Source: an uncultured Acidobacteriota bacterium (lineage in GTDB: Bacteria > Actinomycetota > Acidimicrobiia > Spongiisociales > ZC4RG35). From it: DNA of 64,000 nt. Below, in pieces: positions 19,022 through 29,172 of the stretch (positions within the stretch are counted from its first letter, which is position 1; every line of letters starts with the position of its first letter). The notes beneath the pieces are model-generated. The model made no database searches, was not told the DNA's origin, and was given only the letters and a program-made list of their open reading frames with translations. Location of the stretch: NCBI GenBank assembly GCA_963746905.1, contig CAVVCY010000001.1, positions 78,125-142,124 of the forward strand. Reading direction: 5' to 3'. The position numbers and the translations under genes were made by a program.

Positions 19022-20407
19022 GTGAAGAGAATCGGTCAAGTGGCGTTGGTATTCGCTGCGGTGGCTATCGGCGGTTGCGGGAGTGTGCAGGAGGCCTTGT
19101 CGACCGCGGCTGGGTCAACTACCACTATTGCGGCCACATCGACCACCACCGCGCTTCCGGTGGCTGTCGAGAACAGCCCCCGTTCCGACGAACCATGGGA
19201 CGGACGGGGTTTTCCAACCGGACCCAACAGTATGCCGCCGGGCCGATACTCGTGGACCGCGCCTGCCGCAGACCTCACGCTCAGCTTCGCGCTCCCTGCC
19301 GGTTGGGATGGCGAAGGACCAAACTGGATGCACAAGGCCCGTGAAGAAGCCGACGTTATGGTCGAGTTCGCGACTTCCAACATCGACCCCGACGATCTCG
19401 TACTCGATGCAACGTCCGGGTCGGGGAGTGTTGAGTCGACCGCGGTCACCGTCGCCGGATATGACGGCAGGTACCTTGAGCTCTCGTTAAGGGACGATCC
19501 TGTGTATGTAGAGGCGTATGGTGCCCACGGCTTGCGCACTCAGGTGTGGATCCTGGACATCGACGGAACGAGGGTCTTCATCAGCGTGGGTTCGTACCCC
19601 AACACAGTTCCGGCTGACCTGGCGGAGGCCGAGGCAATCGTCCATTCGATCCGCAGCGAGGCGACGGACCCGACGACCTTCGAAGACGAGCCGACGACCT
19701 TCGAAGGCGAGGTAGCTCCCAGCTCAGATGCGGCGCCACCCAACGGCTCCGTCATAGCTGTCGACGCTGACACGCGACGACTTCCATTGGGAGAACGCAC
19801 CGACCTACCGGACAACGCATGGTTCGATTTCCTCGCCGGGCTGTGTTGGGGGGACACTTGCTACCGAGACGCTCACGTCGTCGACCCGAGCAATGATCAG
19901 ATGGGTTTTGGACGTTGGGCCGCAGACCTCCCGTTCCACATCCGCGACGGCTTCGTCAATCAAGGAGAAGCTCCGCTTGGTGACGGATTCGAGGTCGTGG
20001 TGTACGTCACCAGACGAGTAGGTCCTCCGCTCGAAGGCGGTGTCTATGAGATCGACCAGACCTATCAATTCTCCTCCGATTACGTCCTAAAGGGCACAGC
20101 CGCCAAATGCGGACCCGGCTACTGGGACCAGACGGAGCCCCAGGCGTGCGAGTGGTTCGTCCACGACTTCAGCGCTGGGCTGCCGCCTGGGCGCTACGAC
20201 ATCTGGGCGAGGTGGTTCGCACCGTGCTCGGCGTGGCTAGACCTCGGACTCGCTGACAGCTGCGAAGCTTCGGACGAAGTCATGAGCCGATTTGAGTCGT
20301 CGGTGAACATGCCGTTCTACGGCGACGGGTTCACCGAAGGCGTCCAACTGCCGTTTGACCCCTACCTGTTCCCCGAGCCGATCACGAGGGGCGCCTCGAC
20401 CGGATAG
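19022..20407 (+). CDS. Secreted lipoprotein, function unknown
   Basis: ORF 18923..20407. GTG 19022 follows AGGAGG. Signal peptide plus lipobox VKRIGQVALVFAAVAIGGC. Confidence 0.65.
   Translation: MKRIGQVALVFAAVAIGGCGSVQEALSTAAGSTTTIAATSTTTALPVAVENSPRSDEPWDGRGFPTGPNSMPPGRYSWTAPAADLTLSFALPAGWDGEGPNWMHKAREEADVMVEFATSNIDPDDLVLDATSGSGSVESTAVTVAGYDGRYLELSLRDDPVYVEAYGAHGLRTQVWILDIDGTRVFISVGSYPNTVPADLAEAEAIVHSIRSEATDPTTFEDEPTTFEGEVAPSSDAAPPNGSVIAVDADTRRLPLGERTDLPDNAWFDFLAGLCWGDTCYRDAHVVDPSNDQMGFGRWAADLPFHIRDGFVNQGEAPLGDGFEVVVYVTRRVGPPLEGGVYEIDQTYQFSSDYVLKGTAAKCGPGYWDQTEPQACEWFVHDFSAGLPPGRYDIWARWFAPCSAWLDLGLADSCEASDEVMSRFESSVNMPFYGDGFTEGVQLPFDPYLFPEPITRGASTG
19670..19711 (+). repeat. 21-bp in-frame tandem duplication (2 copies, 1 mismatch) inside the lipoprotein gene
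   Basis: ccgacgaccttcgaagacgag followed by ccgacgaccttcgaaggcgag, encoding PTTFEDE/PTTFEGE. Confidence 0.85.
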
Positions 20408-20445
20408 CTGTAGCAGTGTTCTAGCTCGGGTGTCAGCTTCGACCG

Positions 20446-20838
20446 TCAGTGACCCTCAGCAGCCTCGGCCTCGGCCTTGGTCCGATGCACGGTTCCTGCC
20501 GGATGCTCTGGGGGCGAGTACAGCGAGTAGAGCTTCACGTCGTCGGTTCCGGTGTTGGTCACGTTGTGCCACACCCCGGCGGGCACGATGAATGCCCAAT
20601 CGTTCTCGACGTCGTGGCTCTCGTCCACGGTCTCCTCGGTCCGACCGAAGTCGACTCGAGCCTTGCCCTGTTCGAGGCGAAGGAACTGGTCGCGATTGTG
20701 GTGTGATTCCCAACCGATGTCCTCGCCGACCTTCAGGCTCATCATGGTGAGCTGGGCGTGCTCGCCGGTGTGAACCACGGTCCTAAAGGTCGTGTTGTCG
20801 AGGGTGAGTTGTTCGATGTCATCCAGCCATCCGAGCAT
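20446..20838 (-). CDS. Cupin domain protein
   Basis: 130 aa. GEDIGWESHHNRDQFLRLEQG ... VPAGVWHNVTN is a two-motif cupin signature. Confidence 0.8.
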   Translation of the reverse strand: MLGWLDDIEQLTLDNTTFRTVVHTGEHAQLTMMSLKVGEDIGWESHHNRDQFLRLEQGKARVDFGRTEETVDESHDVENDWAFIVPAGVWHNVTNTGTDDVKLYSLYSPPEHPAGTVHRTKAEAEAAEGH

Positions 20839-20865
20839 GGTTGTCTCCTCGTTCTTCCCGCCGAT

Positions 20866-21144
20866 CTAGAGACTGGAGGGAATGTTGTGTTCTTCTGCCG
20901 TCCTGGTGTCTTCTTCGGTACCCGACCAGCGCTCTTTGGCGGCGGCAACGCCCTGATCGATGACCTTGCCCAGGTCCGCGGCGGCCTGTTTTGCAGACTC
21001 CAGCGCTTCCATTCGGCTCTCTTTTGTCGAGTCCCAGGCCGATCTGATTGCCTCCACCGTGCGATCGAGGGCCGCCTGAGCGTCGTCGACCCACCGATTT
21101 CGGGCGGCATCCCCTGGTGGGGTGGATTGATTGCTCTCAGTCAT
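20866..21144 (-). CDS. Hypothetical small helical protein
   Basis: 92 aa, A/E/K-rich. Same strand and tight spacing with flanking genes. No family recognised. Confidence 0.45.
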   Translation of the reverse strand: MTESNQSTPPGDAARNRWVDDAQAALDRTVEAIRSAWDSTKESRMEALESAKQAAADLGKVIDQGVAAAKERWSGTEEDTRTAEEHNIPSSL

Positions 21145-21166
21145 TTGATCCTCCTGTGTTTTGACC

Positions 21167-21619
21167 TTATTCCTGTCCGACCGTCGCGAATCCGCGGGCC
21201 AATTTGACCATCTCGGTGACGATCGCGATCAGGGTCGCGATGAAGGTAAGGGCGATGACGAACCTGGCCAACGGCTCCCAGTTGAACTGTGAACTGGAGA
21301 AATCGAACGGGAACACCTGATACATCCGTACCGCCACCGCCAGGGTTATGCCCCCGAGCCCGATCTGGCATACCGACTTGAACCACGGCGGATCGTGAAT
21401 GAGATACGTTGCGTTCACCGCGATCGTGGCCAACAGCGAGAGATCGATCAGTGGCAACACCTGCGCGAAGTCGGTAGTCAGGAACGGCAACCATCCCCAT
21501 TCGAGGATGTTGTTGGCGATCACCAGCATTGCGATGTTGACGACGATCGCCACGACATAGCCGAAATGAGCCGCGGTCCGATTTCTGGGGCGTTCGAGTT
21601 GGCGCTGTGTTGTGCTCAT
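21167..21619 (-). CDS. Hypothetical 4-TM membrane protein
   Basis: 150 aa with hydrophobic segments FGYVVAIVVNIAMLVIA, LPLIDLSLLATIAV, IGLGGITLAVAV and FVIALTFIATLIAIV. Confidence 0.6.
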   Translation of the reverse strand: MSTTQRQLERPRNRTAAHFGYVVAIVVNIAMLVIANNILEWGWLPFLTTDFAQVLPLIDLSLLATIAVNATYLIHDPPWFKSVCQIGLGGITLAVAVRMYQVFPFDFSSSQFNWEPLARFVIALTFIATLIAIVTEMVKLARGFATVGQE

Positions 21620-21716
21620 GAGGCTTTCGTCGTCCCCTCTCGATCAGATAGTCGCTCAAGATCGAGATGAGCAGCCAGAGGAGAAGGTCCATTGTTGCCC
21701 CGCCTATCGTCGGCAC

Positions 21717-22187
21717 ATGGCGAATCATCCCGTGCGCCCGGTCAAGGTGTCAGCCCGCATCCCGGTGCCTCCAGACGAGCTCTTCGCCTTCGTTTCCGAC
21801 ACTCGAAACGACCCGCTGTGGTGCCCCAACGTCGAAACCGTGGAGTTGGTCGATGGTTCCGGTGTCGAGTTAGGCGCCCGCTTTCAGTTCCACCAGCATC
21901 TCGACCGCCCGCGGTCCGATCGAATCGAGTTCGACGCCGAGGTCGAGATCGTCGACGTCGGCCCGGGAACGATCACCTGGCACGTCACCGACAAATTCCA
22001 GGATCGGTCGATCCGTTTGAGCGTGGAGCCGGACGGTGGGGGTTCGAAGATCACGCAGGTCACCGAGGCTTCCTTCCAAAGGCCGCCCGGACTGGCCAAG
22101 TGGGCCTATCCGTTGCTGGCGCGTCGCACCTTCAAGGGGCAGTTCGAACAGCTGGCGGCCTATTTCGAGAGGCCCGAGGCGAAGTAG
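21717..22187 (+). CDS. SRPBCC (polyketide cyclase/START-like) family protein
   Basis: ORF 21612..22187; start at ATG 21717 (MANHPVRPVKVSARIPVPPDELFAFVSDTRNDPLWCP). Confidence 0.75.
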   Translation: MANHPVRPVKVSARIPVPPDELFAFVSDTRNDPLWCPNVETVELVDGSGVELGARFQFHQHLDRPRSDRIEFDAEVEIVDVGPGTITWHVTDKFQDRSIRLSVEPDGGGSKITQVTEASFQRPPGLAKWAYPLLARRTFKGQFEQLAAYFERPEAK

Positions 22188-22233
22188 CCGCCGGGAATAT
22201 CCCGCCCCCGCCGACCGCTGAACAGACCTCACC

Positions 22234-23259
22234 ATGGAACTTGGGATCACAACCTTCGCCGAGGCCTACCCGGATCCGCTCACCGGCGAGAAGATCAGCC
22301 ATGGGGACAGGCTGCGCCAGGTCCTCGAGGAGATCGTCCTCGCCGAGCAGGTAGGACTGGATGTCTACGGAGTCGGGGAGCACCATCGTCCCGACTTCGC
22401 CGCATCGGCGCCGGCCGTGGTGTTGGCCGCCGCGGCCGGAAGGACGAACAGGATTCGCCTCAGCCCGGCTGTGATCATCCTCAGTTCCGCAGATCCGGTC
22501 CGGACGTTTCAGGACTTCGCCACCCTGGACCTCGTCTCATCGGGTCGGGCTGAGCTGTTGGTGGGCCGGGGCTCCTTTATCGAGTCATTCCCACTGTTCG
22601 GCTATTCGTTGTCCGACTACGACGAATTGTTCAGCGAGAAGCTGGACCTGCTGCTCGCGATCCGTGACAACGACAAGGTCACCTGGTCGGGCAAGCATCG
22701 CCCCCCGCTTCAGGACCAGAGGATCTTTCCCAGGCCCGAGCAGGATCCGCTGCCAGTTTGGGTTGGCGTCGGGGGCACCCCGGAGTCGATCGTCCGAGCC
22801 GCCACCCGCGGGCTCCCCGTCGCCCTGGCCATCATCGGCGGCAACCCGGACCGCTTCGCCTTCTTCGCCGATCTCCACCGGCAAACCTTGGTCGAGTCCG
22901 GGTACGACCCAGCGAACGTGCCGCTTGCGGTTCACGCCCACGGCTACATCGGCGATGACCCCGATCAGGCAGCGGACGAGTACTACCCGTCCTACGCCAT
23001 TGCGATGTCGACGATCGGACGGGAGCGGGGCTGGGGGCCTATGACGCGGGGGCAGTTCGACATGATGCGATCCCCCGAAGGTTCTCTGGTGCTCGGTGAT
23101 GTCGACGCGGCCGCGGCCAAGATCATCCGGATGCGCGAAGTCCTCGGCATCCAGCGGTTCATGCTTCACATCAGCGTCGGGACCCTTCCCCACGACAAGG
23201 TGATGCGGACCATCGAGTTGTTGGGGACCAAAGTGGCGCCCCTCGTCAATGCGTCCTAG
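22234..23259 (+). CDS. LLM-class (luciferase-like) flavin-dependent oxidoreductase
   Basis: 341 aa. MELGITTFAE ... GLDVYGVGEHH ... LLVGRGSFIESF is a typical LLM N-terminal barrel. Confidence 0.85.
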   Translation: MELGITTFAEAYPDPLTGEKISHGDRLRQVLEEIVLAEQVGLDVYGVGEHHRPDFAASAPAVVLAAAAGRTNRIRLSPAVIILSSADPVRTFQDFATLDLVSSGRAELLVGRGSFIESFPLFGYSLSDYDELFSEKLDLLLAIRDNDKVTWSGKHRPPLQDQRIFPRPEQDPLPVWVGVGGTPESIVRAATRGLPVALAIIGGNPDRFAFFADLHRQTLVESGYDPANVPLAVHAHGYIGDDPDQAADEYYPSYAIAMSTIGRERGWGPMTRGQFDMMRSPEGSLVLGDVDAAAAKIIRMREVLGIQRFMLHISVGTLPHDKVMRTIELLGTKVAPLVNAS

Positions 23260-23280
23260 AGCCGAGCTAACTTCGGATGC

Positions 23281-24495
23281 GTGACCGGACGACTCAGCTT
23301 CCGCCGCTGGTGGCAGCCCCCGGCGCGCTACGAAGACCGTCGCACAGATCGACGGGTGACCTTTCTCGAGCTCTTCTTCGATCTGGTCTTCGTTGTCCTT
23401 GTGTCCCAGTTGGCCCACCACCTGGCCGCGAACCCAACTTGGGCCGGTGTGGGCTGGTTCGCCTTCATGTTCTACGCGGTGTGGACCTCGTGGATCAACG
23501 GCACCTTTTACTACGACGCCCACGGCACCAACGACATCTCTGTTCGGGTGTTCACCTTCGCCCAGATGCTCACGGTGGCTTTGATGGCGGTGTTCGCCGG
23601 AGACGTCCCTGGCTCCGGGGCCGCCGGATTCGCCGTCGCTTACGGGCTCAACAGCCTGCTGCTAGCGATCATTTGGTTTCGGACCGGTCTTCACGACCCG
23701 TCGCACCGGTCGGCGTCTAACCCTTACTCGGCGGCCTATCTGCTGGGTGGGGCCTTGTTCATTGCCAGCGCTGCCGTTCGTGAGCCGGTCGCCTACTGGA
23801 TGTGGGGCCTCGCTCTGCTCATCGAATCGTTGGGCTACGTCTTTTCCACCAACCGGTGGCAGCCTCCGGAGAGTCAGCAAGGCGAGGCAACGATCGCAAC
23901 CACCCCGTCACTCATCGAGCGGATGGGACTCTTCGTGATCATCGTTCTCGGCGAAGTCATCGTCGACGCAATCGACGGGATTGCCGACATCCAGCCTTTG
24001 GAGATCGACGGCGTGATCATCGGTCTGCTCGGGGTCCTGGTGGCGATCGGATTGTGGTGGATCTACTTCGACCTCGTCTCCCACAACGCACCGGTCTCCC
24101 GATTGACCCAAACCTGGCTCTTCCTCCATTTCCCACTTTTGGTTGCGGTCGCAGCGGGGGGCGCCGGCGTCCTCAACACTGTTGAGCACTTCGCTGAGCC
24201 CGTGCCGGCGTCGGTGCGATGGTTGCTCGTCGGCTCACTGGCTCTGGCGGTCATCTCGGTTACCGCCCTGACCCTCACCCTGGAGGTGCGAGCGAAGCAC
24301 CCGGAGGTGTACCGGATGTCAGGCTGGACCTTGCTGGCCAGTGCGGGGCTGATGCTGGTGGTGGGCACTACCGAATGGGGCGCGAAGAGCACACTCGAAG
24401 CGCTCGTGGTTCTTCTCCTGGCTCCTGTCATCGTGGGGACGGTGGTCTGGCTGCGCCACACCGACCCCGAGGCGGCTGTCGTCGCGGTCAGTTGA
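23281..24495 (+). CDS. Low-temperature-requirement protein A (LtrA) family membrane protein
   Basis: RRVTFLELFFDLVFVVLVSQLAHHL signature; about 10 TM segments; GTG start. Confidence 0.8.
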   Translation: MTGRLSFRRWWQPPARYEDRRTDRRVTFLELFFDLVFVVLVSQLAHHLAANPTWAGVGWFAFMFYAVWTSWINGTFYYDAHGTNDISVRVFTFAQMLTVALMAVFAGDVPGSGAAGFAVAYGLNSLLLAIIWFRTGLHDPSHRSASNPYSAAYLLGGALFIASAAVREPVAYWMWGLALLIESLGYVFSTNRWQPPESQQGEATIATTPSLIERMGLFVIIVLGEVIVDAIDGIADIQPLEIDGVIIGLLGVLVAIGLWWIYFDLVSHNAPVSRLTQTWLFLHFPLLVAVAAGGAGVLNTVEHFAEPVPASVRWLLVGSLALAVISVTALTLTLEVRAKHPEVYRMSGWTLLASAGLMLVVGTTEWGAKSTLEALVVLLLAPVIVGTVVWLRHTDPEAAVVAVS

Positions 24496-24506
24496 GAGCC
24501 GATCGG

Positions 24507-25601
24507 CTAGATCGGCTCCGGTCCTTCTGACATGAAGGTCAGGACCCGGCTCCTTTGGTCGATCGAAAGATCGATTATCGACGGGCCGGAATGCTGCAGG
24601 CCGGATACGCCCGCGGCCCCAGAAGTGGTGGTGGCCAATCCGTGTCCACTGAGGAAATCGACCGTGCTCGTCGCTTCCTGGTCGCTGATGGTGAGGAAGA
24701 AGTCAGCGTCTCTTGCCAGGGAAATGAGCGCAATGTGGGACGGCTCTTTGGTGTCGAGACGCCCCATGTTCGACACCGGCCCATCGGCCCGGACCGCCCT
24801 TCCGGCTCTGATGCTCTCGGTCAGACACGGCGCCCGGTCCGGCTCCACGACGACGATGATCGGATAGTCGCCCCACTGTTGGCGTGAGAACGCGGCGATC
24901 GAGGCAGCAAGACCTCCCACCCCCGCCTGAAGAAAGATATGTGTCGGGGGGTTGGCGATGGCTTCTACCTGGGCGGCAGCCTCGGCTCCCATCACCAGAT
25001 ACCCCTCCATGACGAGACGCGGGATCTCGGTGTATCCAGGCCATGAGGAGTCCGTGAGCAGCACCCATCCTTCCGCCGATGCCATGTCCCGCGTGGCGGC
25101 CATGCTCTCCTCGTAGTCGAAGCCAGCGCGAATCACCGTTGCTCCGAACCGTTCGAGACGGGTGGCGAAGCCCTCCGAGACGTTGTGGCTGAGGAAGATG
25201 ACGGCCTTCGCTCCGAACACCCGGGCTCCTGCGGCAACGGATAGGCCATGGTTCCCGGCGCTGGCCGTGACGTAGGTGACGTCGCTGAGGGTGCTTGCCA
25301 GCTCGTCGGAAGGCCGATCCCAGTCGCCACCCAGGCGCTGCTCGGCGTCTCGAGCGATCGCATAGGCAGCGCCAAGCGCCTTGAAACTCCCCAACCCCAT
25401 ACGGTCCCGCTCGTCCTTGATCCAGAGGTGGTCGATTCCGAGGTCCTGGGCAATTGCGGGCGAATCGATCAGCGGGGTGGCCCTCGCCGCGGGGCAATGC
25501 GTCAGGAGTCTGGTGGGGGACGTGGCGTCGACACTCACGTCTGGTTCAGGCGCTCCAGGGAGACCCGTCGATCTCCACTGGTTGGTTAACAACGATGCCA
25601 C
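24507..25601 (-). CDS. PLP-dependent fold-type II enzyme, diaminopropionate ammonia-lyase-like
   Basis: GLGSFKALGAAYA (PLP lysine) and TASAGNHG; 364 aa. Confidence 0.7.
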   Translation of the reverse strand: MASLLTNQWRSTGLPGAPEPDVSVDATSPTRLLTHCPAARATPLIDSPAIAQDLGIDHLWIKDERDRMGLGSFKALGAAYAIARDAEQRLGGDWDRPSDELASTLSDVTYVTASAGNHGLSVAAGARVFGAKAVIFLSHNVSEGFATRLERFGATVIRAGFDYEESMAATRDMASAEGWVLLTDSSWPGYTEIPRLVMEGYLVMGAEAAAQVEAIANPPTHIFLQAGVGGLAASIAAFSRQQWGDYPIIVVVEPDRAPCLTESIRAGRAVRADGPVSNMGRLDTKEPSHIALISLARDADFFLTISDQEATSTVDFLSGHGLATTTSGAAGVSGLQHSGPSIIDLSIDQRSRVLTFMSEGPEPI

Positions 25602-25666
25602 GGGCCGAAGCTACAGCCATCAGGATCGCCGTCACGCTTCCGCTGCCATCGCAATACTGATCGCAT

Positions 25667-26158
25667 ATGAACGTCTACGTGATTGTGTTGCGGATTCTCC
25701 ACATTGGTGCCGGCATTTTCTGGGCCGGAAGCATCCTGGTCCTCCTTCGATTTCTCATCCCAACTGCTCGGGCCGTCGGTCCAGCCGCAGGCCCGTTCAT
25801 GGGTCGCCTCACCGGGGAGGAGAAGTTCGGAGAGATAGCTGGTGCCGCTGGCGTCCTCACCATCCTCAGCGGGACCCTTCTCTACTGGCATGACTTCGGC
25901 GAGATCATCCCGTTCAACGCGGCGATGACGGGCTTTGCGGTCGGTGGGGTGGCGGCGATCGCGCTGTGGATCGTTGGAGTGTTCATGCTCCGCCCGGCAA
26001 ACGAGAAGTTGGCCGCACTTGGCGCCCGAGCGGCGCAGGGTGAAGACGTCGGGGCAGAAATGGGCGAGGCCGCGGCGGCTCGGGATCGTTTGATCCCGAT
26101 TATGACGATCCTGGTCATCGTCGCCATCCTGGCGATGGCCATCTCACGCTATCTCTGA
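25667..26158 (+). CDS. Hypothetical 4-TM membrane protein
   Basis: 163 aa; begins MNVYVIVLRILHIGAGIFWAGSILVLL. No family recognised. Confidence 0.55.
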   Translation: MNVYVIVLRILHIGAGIFWAGSILVLLRFLIPTARAVGPAAGPFMGRLTGEEKFGEIAGAAGVLTILSGTLLYWHDFGEIIPFNAAMTGFAVGGVAAIALWIVGVFMLRPANEKLAALGARAAQGEDVGAEMGEAAAARDRLIPIMTILVIVAILAMAISRYL

Positions 26159-26238
26159 GCATGCTCGTCGACCTCGAACCATGCGATGGTCCTGCACGTA
26201 GAATTGGCAGTTGGAATCGCTTGGCGAGGTGAAGTCTG

Positions 26239-28188
26239 ATGATGACCGTCGAGACCGGCCGCAAGGCCGTCGAACGCCGCGAGTGGGGCGATGCGGTAGC
26301 CGCCTTCCACGAGGCGGATGAGACTGAACCGCTCTCGCCCGAGGACCTGGAGCTGCTCGCCGATGCCTCCTGGTGGGCCGGTGAGCCCGACGAATCTGTC
26401 GAAGTGCTGGAGCGGGCCTATGCAGGCCATGTCGAGAAGGGGTCGGAGACCGGAGCGGCTCGGGTCGCGGTGGCCCTCGCATACCTTGCCGCGCGTCGTC
26501 AAGCCTTTTCGATTGCTGGAGGATGGCTGGCGCGGGCGCATCGACTCCTCGATGGGCATCCCGAATCGGTGGTGAACGCCCAGATCAAGGTCATCGATAT
26601 CATCGAGACCCTCTACTTCAAGGGAGATATCCCCGGGGGCATCGAGGCCGCCGACGAGACCGTAACGCTGGCCCGTCGACTGGGGAGCCGGGAAGCCGAG
26701 TCCCAGGCCCTCGCCCTCAAAGGTATCGCCCTGATCATGATCGGGCAATGGAAAGAAGGCATGGTCCTGCTCGATGAGGCCACTGCCGCCGCGGTATCCG
26801 GCGAGATCAGCCTGAGAGCGGCCAGTGACATCTATTGCCAAACGATATCCGCCTGCCGGGCCATGGCCGATTTTCGCCGGGCCGGCGAATGGACCGAAGA
26901 GGCCGACAGATGGATGAACCGTTACTCGGTCACCGGTTACACCGGCGTCTGCTCGGTCCACCGGGCGGAATTGAAGAGACTGCACGGAAACTGGACCGAG
27001 GCCCAAGAAGAGGCCCGCGCCGCCTGCATCGACCTCGAGCGCTATCACATTCTCGACGCGGTCGGCTACGCCTACCACGAGATCGGGGAGGTCCTATTCC
27101 GGACCGGCGATCTGGTCGGAGCCGAGAAGGCCTTCCTGATGGCTTACGAGAACGGAGAGAGCCCACAGCCCGGTCTTGCGCTGCTGATGCTGGCCAGAGG
27201 TGAAGGCGTCGAGGCGGCCTCGTCGCTCGCCAATGCCCTCGCTCACACTGACAAGAGCATCCTGTTAGCTAGGGCCACGATGCTGCCAGCCCAGGTCGAG
27301 ATCGCCTTGACTCAGGACGATGTCGAGACCGCACGCGCCGCGATCGAGGAGCTTGAGATGATCACGGCCGAGTTCGAGCGGCCGGCGTTCGAAGCGGCAA
27401 CTCTCACGGCCAAAGGTGATCTGGCTCTTCACTTGGGAGATCCTGAGGAAGCAACGCTGCACCTGGAGAAGGCCTGGAGGCTGTGGAAGGAAGTCGAGTT
27501 TCCCTACGAGACTGCGCGGGCCAGGGTGCTGCTCGGCCAGGCAAGAGCCAACCTCGGCGATGCCGGTTCTGCCCGGATGGAGCTGGGTGCCGCCCGCTCC
27601 ACTTTCGAGAGGCTGGGAGCGACCCTCGATCTGAAGCGAGTCGACGAGCTCCTCTACGAATCCCGGGTGCCAGACGCCGATCGCGACCGGGTGGTGAAGA
27701 CTCTGATGTTCACCGACATCGTTGTTTCGACCGATCTCGTCCGAACCTTGGGCGAAGACCGTTGGGAGAACCTTCTTCGCTGGCATGACAACGAGCTTCG
27801 TTCGCTGTTCGGCGGGCATCAGGGTGTCGAGGTCAGCCATACCGGCGATGGGTTCTTTGTCACCTTCGATCGCCCATGGGACGCGGTCGAAGCGGCGGTC
27901 GCCATTCAGCGTCGGATGACCGAGCATCGACGCGAGTCCGGATTCGCCCCCTGGGTGAGGATTGGAATCCACCATGCCGAGGTGACCAAAGAAGGTGGGG
28001 ACTACCGGGGTCAGGGTGTGCATGTTGCCGCCCGGGTAGGTGCGGTGGCGGGGGAGGAGGAGATCGTGATCTCAGGTGCAGCCCTGGCCGCAGTCGGGGA
28101 GATCAAGTTCCCACTGTCGGAGCCCCGCATGGTTGAGCTCAAAGGAGTGCTCGAGCCGGTCGAGGTTTCGACGATCGACTGGCGGTAG
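26239..28188 (+). CDS. Class III adenylate/guanylate cyclase with long N-terminal TPR-like helical-repeat region
   Basis: C-terminal TLMFTDIVVSTDL ... HTGDGFFVTF ... RIGIHHAEV ... GQGVHVAARV. The N-terminal ~430 aa are helical repeats. GAGGTGAAG RBS. Confidence 0.85.
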   Translation: MMTVETGRKAVERREWGDAVAAFHEADETEPLSPEDLELLADASWWAGEPDESVEVLERAYAGHVEKGSETGAARVAVALAYLAARRQAFSIAGGWLARAHRLLDGHPESVVNAQIKVIDIIETLYFKGDIPGGIEAADETVTLARRLGSREAESQALALKGIALIMIGQWKEGMVLLDEATAAAVSGEISLRAASDIYCQTISACRAMADFRRAGEWTEEADRWMNRYSVTGYTGVCSVHRAELKRLHGNWTEAQEEARAACIDLERYHILDAVGYAYHEIGEVLFRTGDLVGAEKAFLMAYENGESPQPGLALLMLARGEGVEAASSLANALAHTDKSILLARATMLPAQVEIALTQDDVETARAAIEELEMITAEFERPAFEAATLTAKGDLALHLGDPEEATLHLEKAWRLWKEVEFPYETARARVLLGQARANLGDAGSARMELGAARSTFERLGATLDLKRVDELLYESRVPDADRDRVVKTLMFTDIVVSTDLVRTLGEDRWENLLRWHDNELRSLFGGHQGVEVSHTGDGFFVTFDRPWDAVEAAVAIQRRMTEHRRESGFAPWVRIGIHHAEVTKEGGDYRGQGVHVAARVGAVAGEEEIVISGAALAAVGEIKFPLSEPRMVELKGVLEPVEVSTIDWR

Positions 28189-28250
28189 GCCTCGGTCGTT
28201 TCCTCGGAGGTGTAGTTTCCGGGAACGCTCTTCGTCCCAAAGGAGGAATC

Positions 28251-28634
28251 ATGAGCGAGCATCCAAACGCCGCGATGTACCGCGATGTCATGGAGAAGTT
28301 CAACGCCGGGGACACGACTGCCATGGTCGACTCGATTGCTGACGACGTCGTCTGGTGGCAGATCGGCTCGCCCGAGCCGCTGCGGGGAAAAGCCGCCTTG
28401 ATGGAGTCGATGGCGGGTCTCGACGAGGTGCCGATCACGGTCGACCTCACTGACGTGATCGCCAACGACGACATGGTGGTGGGCCTGGTCACGGCTACGG
28501 TGGGCTCGGGTCCCGAGGCCTTTAGCTATCGCACCGCCGAAGTTGCCTGGCTCAAGGACGGCAAGGTCACCGAGCGGCGCGCCTACTCAGACGACACGGA
28601 AGCGATCAACAACTTCTTCAGCCAGTTCGGCTGA
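28251..28634 (+). CDS. SnoaL-like/NTF2 family protein
   Basis: 127 aa with motif FNAGDTTAMVDSIADDVVWW. Strong AAAGGAGG RBS. Confidence 0.75.
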   Translation: MSEHPNAAMYRDVMEKFNAGDTTAMVDSIADDVVWWQIGSPEPLRGKAALMESMAGLDEVPITVDLTDVIANDDMVVGLVTATVGSGPEAFSYRTAEVAWLKDGKVTERRAYSDDTEAINNFFSQFG

Positions 28635-28636
28635 TC

Positions 28637-29125
28637 TCAGGCGAGGAGATCGTCGGCGTACCAGCGCAACGAGCGCTGATATGCCTCGAGCGGCCCGGGG
28701 TTGGTGAGCAGAAGGTCCAGCAACTCTGACACTGCTTCGGGTGCACGGTCGGCGCTGGTCAGCGCCAAGGCGAGGAAAGCTCGCGCCGCTCGGTGTCGAG
28801 GGTTCTCCTCACACACCGCGGTCAGGATTTCCACCGCCTCCTGGTTCTGGCCGAGGTTGCGAAGGGTGCTCGCGAGTTGGATGCGGGCTCTCAGCCGCTC
28901 GTCCTCGTCCAAACCAGCGGCAAGGGCGGCCCGGTAAGGCGCGACCGCCTCTTCTTCCCTTCCCGCCGAGTCATAGGCGCCCGCCAGGTGAAGGGTCACC
29001 CTCGGGTTCTCGGGATGTCGATCAGCCAGGTCGATGAAGTGATCGATGGCGTCCTGGTACCGCTCTTCGTCGAGCAACCGGTCGCCGGCTTCGAGGGAGG
29101 CCTCCAATGCTTGCGGATCGACCAT
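28637..29125 (-). CDS. Small tetratricopeptide-repeat protein
   Basis: ORF 28637..29455; only the part from ATG 29125 (MVDPQALEASLEAGDRLLDEERYQDAIDHF) looks coding. 3-4 TPR units. Confidence 0.7.
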   Translation of the reverse strand: MVDPQALEASLEAGDRLLDEERYQDAIDHFIDLADRHPENPRVTLHLAGAYDSAGREEEAVAPYRAALAAGLDEDERLRARIQLASTLRNLGQNQEAVEILTAVCEENPRHRAARAFLALALTSADRAPEAVSELLDLLLTNPGPLEAYQRSLRWYADDLLA

Positions 29126-29172
29126 GGATCGACTGTACCGCTGACGTGCGGGGCCTTTGAATAGGGCTGCCC

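Noticed and set aside
26149-27078. 309-aa minus-strand ORF antisense to the cyclase gene. Similar long antisense ORFs: 22585..23523, 13652..14512, 29815..30666, 43419..44093, 45274..46077, 61429..62520, 27265..28023, 17777..18562, 24703..25497.
   Set aside because: Their translations are R/G/P/H-rich and lack recognisable motifs. Each fully overlaps a well-supported gene on the other strand. These are typical shadow ORFs of high-GC DNA.
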